Assembly: GCA_007376185.1 (NCBI GenBank)
Contig: VMFS01000001.1
Location: forward strand, 94,206-158,205
Reading direction: 5' to 3'
Source of the DNA: Parcubacteria group bacterium Gr01-1014_30
GTDB taxonomy: Bacteria; Patescibacteriota; Minisyncoccia; Minisyncoccales; 2-12-FULL-40-12
Length of the DNA: 64,000 bases
Shown here: piece by piece, positions 1 to 8,573 of the stretch
Position numbering within the stretch: the stretch's first letter is position 1
Layout: each line of letters begins with the position of its first letter
The notes under the pieces: model-generated
Seen by the model: the letters and a program-made list of their open reading frames with translations, nothing else
Databases searched by the model: none
What the model was told of the DNA's origin: nothing
Position numbers and translations under genes: made by a program

Positions 1-65
1 TTTTTCTAGACGCCTTTGATGACAACGACCCTCCCATTTTTAAGGTTTGCGCCAACCCTGTCCAG

Positions 66-404
66 ATGGCAAAATATATCCCCAACTTTATTGAGGAAAA
101 TGAGAAACGGGTTTCCAGAGGCATTAAAATGCACGCGATAAACCCAGCCTCTAAAGAAGTAATAGAGTTTAGTAAAGCCCACCCATTGCCAAAGGGGGAT
201 GAAATAAGGGTAATCCCAAAAGAGAAGTTTAATTTTCCGGCTAATATTGCGACGCGGGGTAGTAAAGTATCAATTATTTCCATGAAAGGCGACTTCGGCC
301 TCGTTATTGAAAATAAAGAGATCACTGAGAGTTTTAGTAATATTTTTGATTTAGCGTGGGAAATGGCTAAGATGTATGACAAAAAATTAAGAGGTAGTAT
401 TTAA
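66..404 (+). CDS. hypothetical 112-aa protein with no Cys; first gene of the 66-8570 operon
   Basis: Intact ORF ending 10 bp before the MIO-enzyme gene. No recognisable motif. Confidence 0.4.
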   Translation: MAKYIPNFIEENEKRVSRGIKMHAINPASKEVIEFSKAHPLPKGDEIRVIPKEKFNFPANIATRGSKVSIISMKGDFGLVIENKEITESFSNIFDLAWEMAKMYDKKLRGSI

Positions 405-414
405 ACATACAAAA

Positions 415-2094
415 ATGCCAGGTAGCCAAAACGGAGATCAATCACAGGATGGGTTGTTGCGTGCAAAATCAATTGCACAGGATACGTTCAATCTTCAAGA
501 GCAGCAGCGTTTGATGAAGCCAAAAGTTACTCTAGACGGCGACCATCTCGGGGTTCGCGATGTTGACTTATTTGTGCATAACCCCAGCATTGTTATCGAG
601 CTATCAGAAGCAAAGCTTCAAGAAGTTGACAAAAGCAGAAAATTCCTTGAGCGAGAACTTAATAACAGGATTATTTATGGGGTGAACACTGGATTTGGAC
701 CCATGGCTTCGCATATTATTAACCAAGACCAGTTAGAACGGCTGCAAGAAAATCTTGTCCGGAGCCATGCTGTTGGTATGGGGGCGCCTATTGATACAAA
801 ATATGTGCTGGCAGCAATGATTATCCGTTTAAATACTCTTACGAAAAGGTATTCTGGGGTAAGCCGAGGGCTTATAGAGCATCTGCAAAAAGTTCTTAAT
901 CACAGGATAGTGCCAGTGATACCAGAACACGGTGCAGTAGGAACCAGCGGAGATTTGGTTCAACTTGCTCATATTGCTTTAAGCTTGACCGGGCAAGGTT
1001 ACGTGTTTTACCAAGAGGGAAAACAACCTACTTCCAAAGTATTCCAAAGACTTCAGGTACAACCATACAAACTTAAAGCAAAAGAAGGCCTTTCACTTAT
1101 TAACGGCACATCGGCAATGTGCGGAGCGGGCACATTAAACTGTCTTCATGCTCATAGGTTGCTATCTTTGGCAATTCGTTTCGGGGCTTTTGCCTTGGAA
1201 CTTGTTCACGCATACGGCGATAGTATTTCTGAAAAACTTCAAAAGGTAAGGCCGCACCGAGGACAGGTTGCAGTTGCAAAAGCTATACGAGAAACGCTTG
1301 CTTCTTCTAGTATGCTGCACAGCAGGAAAGCTGAAGAACAGGTTGATATTCCAGACGAGGTAAAAGAAATCTCTGAAGTTGTGCAAGAAATTTACTCGTT
1401 CCGCTGTATTCCGCAAATTTTGGGTCCGGTGTACGACGCTTTGTATAAGGCACAAAAAGACATTGAGGTTGAAATTAATTCAAGCTCTGACAACCCAATC
1501 GTTGACCTCGAAGGAGATAACTTCTTACACGGAGGAAATTTCCACGGTGATTACATTGCCTTTGCCATGGACCAACTTAAATTAGCCATTATTAAACTTA
1601 CTATGTTGTCAGAGCGTAGAATAAACTTCTTTTTACACCAAAAACTCAACAACTTTTTCCCGCCATTTTTAAATCTCGGGCAGCCCGGGCTTACGCTTGG
1701 CCTCCAAGGACTGCAATTTGTGGCTACCTCTACCACTTCTCAAAGTCAAACCTTGGCTTTTCCACAATACATACATTCCATCCCAACCAATGCAGATAAT
1801 CAAGACGTAGTAAGCACGGGCATGGAGTCTGCTTTACTTGCGTCAAAAATTATGGAAAACGCCTATATTGTATTGGCCATAGAACTAATTACCCTTGCAC
1901 AAGCTACCGACTTTCGTGGGGTTTACGACAAGCTTTCTAATTCTTCCAAAGATCTATTCAAAGGAGTACGTTCCGTGTTTCCCAAGATAGTTGAAGACCG
2001 CATAATGGTGGACGAACTCCCTAGGGTAGTTGAATTCTTAAAATCCAATCAAACCATTAACCCCTATATAGCTTCAACGAATCATGACTGCTAA
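415..2094 (+). CDS. MIO-dependent aromatic amino-acid ammonia-lyase/aminomutase (HAL/PAL/TAL family)
   Basis: Family motifs GVNTGFGPMA and LVRSHAVGMG are present. The cofactor triad position reads AVGTSGDLVQLAH, i.e. Thr-Ser-Gly where Ala-Ser-Gly is usual. Length 559 aa is typical. Confidence 0.75.
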   Translation: MPGSQNGDQSQDGLLRAKSIAQDTFNLQEQQRLMKPKVTLDGDHLGVRDVDLFVHNPSIVIELSEAKLQEVDKSRKFLERELNNRIIYGVNTGFGPMASHIINQDQLERLQENLVRSHAVGMGAPIDTKYVLAAMIIRLNTLTKRYSGVSRGLIEHLQKVLNHRIVPVIPEHGAVGTSGDLVQLAHIALSLTGQGYVFYQEGKQPTSKVFQRLQVQPYKLKAKEGLSLINGTSAMCGAGTLNCLHAHRLLSLAIRFGAFALELVHAYGDSISEKLQKVRPHRGQVAVAKAIRETLASSSMLHSRKAEEQVDIPDEVKEISEVVQEIYSFRCIPQILGPVYDALYKAQKDIEVEINSSSDNPIVDLEGDNFLHGGNFHGDYIAFAMDQLKLAIIKLTMLSERRINFFLHQKLNNFFPPFLNLGQPGLTLGLQGLQFVATSTTSQSQTLAFPQYIHSIPTNADNQDVVSTGMESALLASKIMENAYIVLAIELITLAQATDFRGVYDKLSNSSKDLFKGVRSVFPKIVEDRIMVDELPRVVEFLKSNQTINPYIASTNHDC

Positions 2095-3598
2095 GTCCAT
2101 TGTTGCTGACTTTGATTTTACCAAACAACGAGATTGGACAACCAGCTTTCTTCATTTCGGCATTACCCAATTCGAAAAACTTCTTACAGATAAACCAGAA
2201 TCGTTTTGGCAGAAAGAAGGAGAGAAACGCGCCTTGAAACTCTTCCATGCAGTCTCCCAAAGAGTTCCTGCTTACAAGACATTCCTTAAAAAGCACAAAA
2301 TAAACCCAAAGAATATACGGACCCTCAAAGATTTTGCCCAGGTCCCTCCTACTGACAAGAAAACCTATATTCGCAAATACCCTTTAATACAGCGTTGCTG
2401 GGATGGGAAACTAGAGACTACAAAATTAGTTGCTATAAGCTCTGGCACTAGCGGGGAGCCAACGTTTTGGCCGCGTAGTAGTTTTCAAGAGTTCGAAGCA
2501 GCGATCATTCACGAACTCTTATATCGCTATCTTTTTGATATTCACAAATACCGCACCCTTCTTATCGTTGGTTTTCCTATGGGCACTTATGTTTCTGGTA
2601 TTGCTACCCTTTTGCCCAGTTGGCTTGTTGCTCAAAAGGGTTATAATCTTACAGTTGCAAGCGTGGGAACGAATAAGCAAGATATTCTAAAAGTGGCCAT
2701 GCTTCTCCAGAAGAATTATGAACAGATTATCTTAGTAGGGCACCCTTTCTTTATGAAAGATGTAGTGGAAACCGGAAGAGAAATTGGGCTTCAGTGGGGA
2801 AAGAAGCGGCTTAAATTTATGTTTTGCTCGGAAGGATTTAGCGAAGAGTGGCGGAGTTATGTATTGAAACAAGTTAAAGCCTCCGTACAGCCTGCCGATA
2901 TGATAAGCACATATGGTTCTTCTGAGTTGTTGCTTATAGCGTGGGAAACCCCAGCAAGTATTGCTTTGAAAGCAGCTATTGAAACAAGTAAAGGAGTAAA
3001 AGGAGAGCTTTTGCACCGTTGGTCTCCTTCGAATCTATTCCAATACAACCCTTTGTTTCGATATATTGAATCTGTTAAAGATGAATTGCTGTTTACTTCG
3101 GCAAGCGGTATCCCGTTAATTCGCTACAATCTCCACGATATGGGCAGAGTTATTTCTCTTGACCAGGCAAAACGAGTGACGTCCAAACTTAAAGTACGCT
3201 GGCAGTTTCCATTTCTTGCGTTAGGAGGCCGGAGTGATTATGCAGTGGTATTTTACGCTGCCAACATTTACCCGGAGCACATTCGTCAAGCCCTTGACTA
3301 TAAACCTTTTTTAACAAAACTCACGGGGAAATTTGTGATGCGTAAAGACTATACCAAAAAGCTGGAGGAGTTTTTGGAAATTAACGTTGAGCTGAAAAAC
3401 CGTGCTAGCCTTGACAAACCCTTTGAACGAGCAATTCAAAAGCGGGTAATCGACCACTTGCAGTCAGTGAACATGGAATATCTTTTCTTGCGCAATAACC
3501 TCAAGCAAGATCTCCGTCCGCGTATAAAGCTTTGGCCATACCAACACGAGAGGTATTTCAAATTAAGCCTTAAGCCTCGTTATATACTGTCTAATTAA
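2084..3598 (+). CDS. adenylate-forming ligase, PaaK / coenzyme F390 synthetase / GH3-like
   Basis: ISSGTSGEPTFWPRS matches the phosphate-binding loop of the PaaK/GH3 clade. 504 aa. Start overlaps the stop of the upstream gene. Confidence 0.55.
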   Translation: MTAKSIVADFDFTKQRDWTTSFLHFGITQFEKLLTDKPESFWQKEGEKRALKLFHAVSQRVPAYKTFLKKHKINPKNIRTLKDFAQVPPTDKKTYIRKYPLIQRCWDGKLETTKLVAISSGTSGEPTFWPRSSFQEFEAAIIHELLYRYLFDIHKYRTLLIVGFPMGTYVSGIATLLPSWLVAQKGYNLTVASVGTNKQDILKVAMLLQKNYEQIILVGHPFFMKDVVETGREIGLQWGKKRLKFMFCSEGFSEEWRSYVLKQVKASVQPADMISTYGSSELLLIAWETPASIALKAAIETSKGVKGELLHRWSPSNLFQYNPLFRYIESVKDELLFTSASGIPLIRYNLHDMGRVISLDQAKRVTSKLKVRWQFPFLALGGRSDYAVVFYAANIYPEHIRQALDYKPFLTKLTGKFVMRKDYTKKLEEFLEINVELKNRASLDKPFERAIQKRVIDHLQSVNMEYLFLRNNLKQDLRPRIKLWPYQHERYFKLSLKPRYILSN

Positions 3599-3600
3599 TT

Positions 3601-4755
3601 ATGCAACAAGCAAGACCACAAATTTTCCGTACCCAAAAAGATCAAGCAAAAATACTAGCTCTTAAGAGGAGAAGTAGTACTAATATTGTTGACGCACTTG
3701 AGCAGCAACTAAGGGAATTGTTTTTGGCTCGGCACCCAAAATTGAAACTAAGCCCAGAAAAAGCAAAACAAGAAACTGCAAAGTTTTTGAAATCGAAAAA
3801 GAAAAAACCATTAGAAAAACAAGGTAGTTGGGTATACTTTAAATGGAATAGAACACTTGTTCATATCTTGGATGAAGATGATTTCTTTGAACTGCGTACG
3901 GCAAGAAACAAAAATCTTATTACAAAAGGCGAGCAAGAAAAACTTCGCACTTTTCGCATTGGCATAGCCGGTTTGAGCGTAGGCAACAGCGCCGCCCTAG
4001 TTCTTGCGCTGGAAGGCGCAGAAACTATGCGGTTGGCAGATTTTGACGAACTTTCGCTTTCAAATCTCAATCGCATTCGAGGAAGTATTACCCAACTTGG
4101 TTTAAATAAAACAATAATGACCGCAAGGCAGGTGTATGAACTGAATCCTTATGCAAAACTAGAACTCTTTGAAAAAGGATTACATCAGGCAAGAGATCTG
4201 AAAAAGTTTGTCGCAGACCCGCCTAAGCTAGATGTATTAGTGGACGAAATAGATGATGTTATAATGAAAGTGCAGCTTCGACTAAAAGCAAGAAAACTAC
4301 GCATTCCTGTATTATCGGTTGCGGATAACGGCACCAACTCTATTGCTGACGTTGAGCGTTTTGACTTAGAGCCAAAACGTAAACTTTATCACGGACTTCT
4401 ACAGGACAGTAAAGCAAGCAAACTGCAGAGAGATATCTTGTCGAAAGAAAAAATGAGAATGATTGCAGATATAGTAGGAGTAGAGTATGTTACTTCACGA
4501 ATGAAGACATCATTCCTTGAGGTGGGCAACACGCTATACTCTTGGCCCCAGCTCGGAGGAGCCTCTATGTTAAGCGGTGCTACTCTTGCATATCTTGTGA
4601 AAAAAATCGCGTTTGGGGAAAACCTCGAAAGCGGGAAATACGATGTGAACTTCGACCGAATTTTCGAAAACCAGTACGACTCCTTAACGGCAAAACAACG
4701 TAGAAATAGAGAGAATAAAGAATTTCTCCACAAACAAAAGGAACTATTTTCTTAA
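3601..4755 (+). CDS. ThiF/MoeB/E1-like adenylyltransferase with a ~110-aa N-terminal extension
   Basis: RIGIAGLSVGNSAALVLALEG...LADFDELSLSNLNRI is the canonical ThiF Rossmann/SNLNRQ motif. The N-terminal extension could be a peptide-clamp/RRE-like domain (inference). Confidence 0.7.
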   Translation: MQQARPQIFRTQKDQAKILALKRRSSTNIVDALEQQLRELFLARHPKLKLSPEKAKQETAKFLKSKKKKPLEKQGSWVYFKWNRTLVHILDEDDFFELRTARNKNLITKGEQEKLRTFRIGIAGLSVGNSAALVLALEGAETMRLADFDELSLSNLNRIRGSITQLGLNKTIMTARQVYELNPYAKLELFEKGLHQARDLKKFVADPPKLDVLVDEIDDVIMKVQLRLKARKLRIPVLSVADNGTNSIADVERFDLEPKRKLYHGLLQDSKASKLQRDILSKEKMRMIADIVGVEYVTSRMKTSFLEVGNTLYSWPQLGGASMLSGATLAYLVKKIAFGENLESGKYDVNFDRIFENQYDSLTAKQRRNRENKEFLHKQKELFS

Positions 4756-4756
4756 T

Positions 4757-5812
4757 ATGGAAGACAAGATAAGACAAATACTCGAGCTTGCGATACGTGC
4801 TCCTTCTGGAGAAAACTGCCAGCCATGGAAGTTCCAGATTCAGGGAAATCAACTCACCATTTGGAATATGCCAGAACGCGATAGTTCTCTTTACAGTTGG
4901 GGGCAGCGACCATCGTATGTTGCACACGGTGCGTTTTTAGAAAGCGTTGCTATTGCAGCTCCCGCGTTTGGACTTTCTCCCCGTATAGAGCTTTTCCCTG
5001 ATTCTACAAAAACAGAGTGCGTGGCGCGAATCGTATTTGAAGAATCGCAGCAAAAAATTCATCCCTTGTATCAATTTATTACGGAGCGAGTGACAAACAG
5101 AAAGGTTTATAAAAAAATTGTCCTTACCAAAGAGCAAAAGGAAGAACTTTCTAGTATACACATAGGACTAGAGCGTGGCAAAATTATATTTGTAGAACAA
5201 GAACAAGACATAAAAACCATAGCTCAAGCTATAGCGGGAAACGAACGTATTATCTTTGAAAACCCGTACATGCATAAATTTTTCTATGACCATATCACGT
5301 GGACAGAACAAGAGGATCTCGGAAAAAAAATTGGGTTTTATGTTAAAACATTCGAATTGCCTATGCCAGCAGAAAAAATATTCAAACTTGCGAAGAGTAA
5401 AACTTTTGTCAAATTCGCTAACAAGATTGGCTTTTCGAAAATGATTGCAAAACAAAATGCAAAAGTCTATAGTTCGGCTTCTGCAGTAGGAGCAATTATA
5501 ATGTATAGTAACTCGTCAGTAGATTTTATTGTCGCAGGACGACTCATACAGCGAATCTGGCTTACTGTAACGAAGTTAGGTTTGAGCCTTCAACCTCTTA
5601 CAGGCATCCTATTCCTTTATCAACGCGTTTCTCAACAGCAAACAGACAAACTAAGTCCGGGACAAATAGACTTTATACAAGAACAGTACAAGCGAATTAA
5701 GGAAACTTTTGGGGTTGATAATGAAACTATTGCAATGCTTTTTCGGATCGGAGATGGGGGGAGCCCTACTGCGCGCTCTCTACGACTTCCACTTACGGTT
5801 CAAGAATTTTGA
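4757..5812 (+). CDS. nitroreductase-fold oxidoreductase (SagB/McbC-like or Acg-like, 351 aa)
   Basis: N-terminal LELAIRAPSGENCQPWKF is the nitroreductase-superfamily signature. The size suggests an extended or two-lobed member. Confidence 0.6.
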   Translation: MEDKIRQILELAIRAPSGENCQPWKFQIQGNQLTIWNMPERDSSLYSWGQRPSYVAHGAFLESVAIAAPAFGLSPRIELFPDSTKTECVARIVFEESQQKIHPLYQFITERVTNRKVYKKIVLTKEQKEELSSIHIGLERGKIIFVEQEQDIKTIAQAIAGNERIIFENPYMHKFFYDHITWTEQEDLGKKIGFYVKTFELPMPAEKIFKLAKSKTFVKFANKIGFSKMIAKQNAKVYSSASAVGAIIMYSNSSVDFIVAGRLIQRIWLTVTKLGLSLQPLTGILFLYQRVSQQQTDKLSPGQIDFIQEQYKRIKETFGVDNETIAMLFRIGDGGSPTARSLRLPLTVQEF

Positions 5813-5818
5813 GTACAT

Positions 5819-6538
5819 ATGTTTTTCTCCAACCGAATCCCCGAACCTAAAATAATGGAGAAAGAAGAAATGAAAGTGTTCGAAGAGTTGAGTAATCAGA
5901 ACTACAAAAGGTGGATACTTCCTTTTGTAGATGAAGCAATGCAAACACTGAATGTTGAATCAGGGAAAGTTCTTGACATAGGATGCGGGCCAGGATTACT
6001 TGTTAAGGAACTCGCTAAGCGATCAAAAAACCTCCGAGTCATTGGAGTTGACGTCTCACCCGAAGCCATCAAGCTTGCCAAGAAGAATTGTCGTTCTCTA
6101 AAAAACGTAAAATTTCTTCGCGGCGATGTTACAAGTTTGCCGTTTCCCAATGGCACCTTCGACCTTATTGTTTGCAAAGATAGCTTCCATGAATTCCCAA
6201 ATTTAAGAAAAGCTCTTCAAGAAGTGATGCGTGTTTTGAAACCCGGCGGGATTCTTTACGCGCAAGATTTACGAAGGGATCTCCCGATGTACTTGCTTCG
6301 TCGCGCAATACCCCCTGACACAACTGTAAAAAAACTTCAGTTCTACTCGGCAAGGGCTGCATACATAAAAACCGAGATTCGAGATATATTAAAACAATTA
6401 GATATTCAACACTTCTTTATTAAAACAAGAAAACTTACTGAAAACATTAGAAAAAATTATGGAAAGCAAGGCATCTCTTTAATTCAGCTAAAAGAAGGTT
6501 TTCAGGCTAGGTATATACTTGTAGTAAAAAATAAATGA
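5819..6538 (+). CDS. class I SAM-dependent methyltransferase
   Basis: Motif I VLDIGCGPGLL. A post-I acidic stretch and LKPGGIL are also present. Confidence 0.75.
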   Translation: MFFSNRIPEPKIMEKEEMKVFEELSNQNYKRWILPFVDEAMQTLNVESGKVLDIGCGPGLLVKELAKRSKNLRVIGVDVSPEAIKLAKKNCRSLKNVKFLRGDVTSLPFPNGTFDLIVCKDSFHEFPNLRKALQEVMRVLKPGGILYAQDLRRDLPMYLLRRAIPPDTTVKKLQFYSARAAYIKTEIRDILKQLDIQHFFIKTRKLTENIRKNYGKQGISLIQLKEGFQARYILVVKNK

Positions 6539-8193
6539 ACTTGCCTTTACAAATTTTTGCCCTGGAAAACTTAGATCTTTTAATCCTTGGTATAGCAAAC
6601 ACCGCTATAACCCTTTTAGGTGTGGTGGTATTTCTCCGCAATACACGCAGTATTACTTACAAAACTTTTTTACTCTTCGCATTGGTAGCCTCTGTCTATG
6701 CGACCGTGAATTACATGAGCTACCAATCTAGTTCTTCTATTCTAGTACTTTGGGCACTCCGTTTCGTTCTTTTCTCTGCTACCTGGTACTCTTTTCTACT
6801 GTTGCAGCTTTTTTATGTCTTCCCAAAAGAACGTATTACATTTCCAAAATTGTACAGATTCTTCCTACTTCCAACGGTCACACTTACCTCTTTATTAACC
6901 CTAACTCCATTTGTATTCTCGCGGATATCAGAACTAGCGCCGGTAGGTCAAGTTACTAATCCTGAAAGAGGCATGGGCATTGTGCTATTTGCAATCATAA
7001 GCATCTTTCTAGTAGCCTACGGACTTTTTACTCTATTTAAAAAGACTTTTAGGGCAAAAGGTGAAGAAAGAGATCAGCTTCTTTTTGTACTGATTGGTTC
7101 TCTTATTACCTATGTCTTCATTATTGTATTCAACCTTATACTACCCGTGTTTTTTAACAATACCGTACTCATTCCCTTAGCCCCGGTCTTTACCCTTCCT
7201 TTTATTTCCTTCACTGCATATGCAATCCTTCGATACAAGCTTCTGAATATCAAGGTAATAGCTACGGAAGTTCTTACGTTTATGTTGGCGGCGGTTACAC
7301 TTTTTGAGGTGCTGTTTGCGCGAGAGCTCGGAGTGCTTATTTTCAGAATTGCTATTTTTGTCGCGGTGCTTGGATTTGGTATTTTGCTTATTCGGAGTGT
7401 AAGAAAGGAGGTGGAGCAGAGAGAGAAACTGGAGAGGTTAAGCGAGCAGCTGAAAACAGCCAACGTCAGGTTAGACGCGGCTTTAAAGAAAGTTGAGAAA
7501 CTATCAAAAGCAAAGTCCGAGTTTATTTCCATTGCTTCCCATCAACTAAGAACCCCTTTGACCGCCATAAAGGGATATATCTCAATGATTTTGGAAGGGA
7601 CTTACGGGCGTTTGTCAAAGAAAGCAAGAAGACCTATGGGAAACGTTTATGAGTCAAACGAGCGATTGATTCGTTTGATCAACGACCTGCTAGAGGTTTC
7701 CAGGATTGAAGCTGGCAAAATAGAGCTTGAGCTAGAAGAAGCCCGCGTTGAAGAAATTATTGAGGGCGTAGTTGCGGAATTGGGAATCACGGCTCAGCAG
7801 AAAAAGCTTTATCTGAAATGGGAAAAGCCGGAAACGCCTGCCCCGAAATTATTGCTGGATAAGCAAAAGATAAGGCAGGTTATCTTGAATTTGGTGAACA
7901 ATGCCGTAAAATATACTAAGGAAGGAGGCATCACCATTAAATTGAAAATTGAAAACTTAAAATTGAAAATTGCGATAGCTGATACTGGCGAGGGTATGAC
8001 TAAAGAGGATTTGGGGAAGGTATTTCAAAGCTTTTCCAGAGGGACAACAGGCGTCCGACTTTCAGCCGAAGGAGCAGGCCTTGGTCTGTATATAGCCAAA
8101 AAGTTTGTTGAAATGCACAGGGGCAGAATATGGGCAGAATCAGAAGGAAAAGGTAAGGGGTCAACTTTTTACGTTGAGTTGCCCATAAAGTAG
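6535..8193 (+). CDS. sensor histidine kinase with multi-TM N-terminal domain
   Basis: About seven hydrophobic helices, a coiled coil, then the HisKA motif SHQLRTPLTAIKGY. The HATPase_c region contains GEGMT and GAGLGLYI. Start overlaps the methyltransferase stop. Confidence 0.8.
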   Translation: MNLPLQIFALENLDLLILGIANTAITLLGVVVFLRNTRSITYKTFLLFALVASVYATVNYMSYQSSSSILVLWALRFVLFSATWYSFLLLQLFYVFPKERITFPKLYRFFLLPTVTLTSLLTLTPFVFSRISELAPVGQVTNPERGMGIVLFAIISIFLVAYGLFTLFKKTFRAKGEERDQLLFVLIGSLITYVFIIVFNLILPVFFNNTVLIPLAPVFTLPFISFTAYAILRYKLLNIKVIATEVLTFMLAAVTLFEVLFARELGVLIFRIAIFVAVLGFGILLIRSVRKEVEQREKLERLSEQLKTANVRLDAALKKVEKLSKAKSEFISIASHQLRTPLTAIKGYISMILEGTYGRLSKKARRPMGNVYESNERLIRLINDLLEVSRIEAGKIELELEEARVEEIIEGVVAELGITAQQKKLYLKWEKPETPAPKLLLDKQKIRQVILNLVNNAVKYTKEGGITIKLKIENLKLKIAIADTGEGMTKEDLGKVFQSFSRGTTGVRLSAEGAGLGLYIAKKFVEMHRGRIWAESEGKGKGSTFYVELPIK

Positions 8194-8207
8194 TTGTAGA
8201 ATTAAGT

Positions 8208-8570
8208 ATGGCTAAGATTTTGATAGTAGAAGACGAAAAGCTTTTGGGGGAAATGTACAAAGATAAGCTTGAGGCCTTGGGCCATGAAGTTGTTTTGGTG
8301 CTTTCGTCTGAAGACGCACTTGATTACGTGAACAAAGAGACCCCCGATTTTATTTTATTGGACATAATTTTGCCCAAAGCGAGCGGCATAGATTTTTTAA
8401 GAGCTGCAATGAGAATCAAAAGTATTGCTAAAGTCCCGGTGGTTGTTTTTTCAAACTACGACGACCCCGCAACAAAAAAAGAGGCCTTGAAGCTTGGCGT
8501 CAAGGCCTATTTAATAAAATCGCAGTACACGCCTCAAGGAATGTTGGAAGAGGTTGAAAAGTTTCTTTAA
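8208..8570 (+). CDS. stand-alone response-regulator receiver domain (CheY-like)
   Basis: KILIVEDEK...LLDIILP...K fits the receiver fold. 120 aa with no output domain. Confidence 0.8.
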   Translation: MAKILIVEDEKLLGEMYKDKLEALGHEVVLVLSSEDALDYVNKETPDFILLDIILPKASGIDFLRAAMRIKSIAKVPVVVFSNYDDPATKKEALKLGVKAYLIKSQYTPQGMLEEVEKFL

Positions 8571-8573
8571 GGG

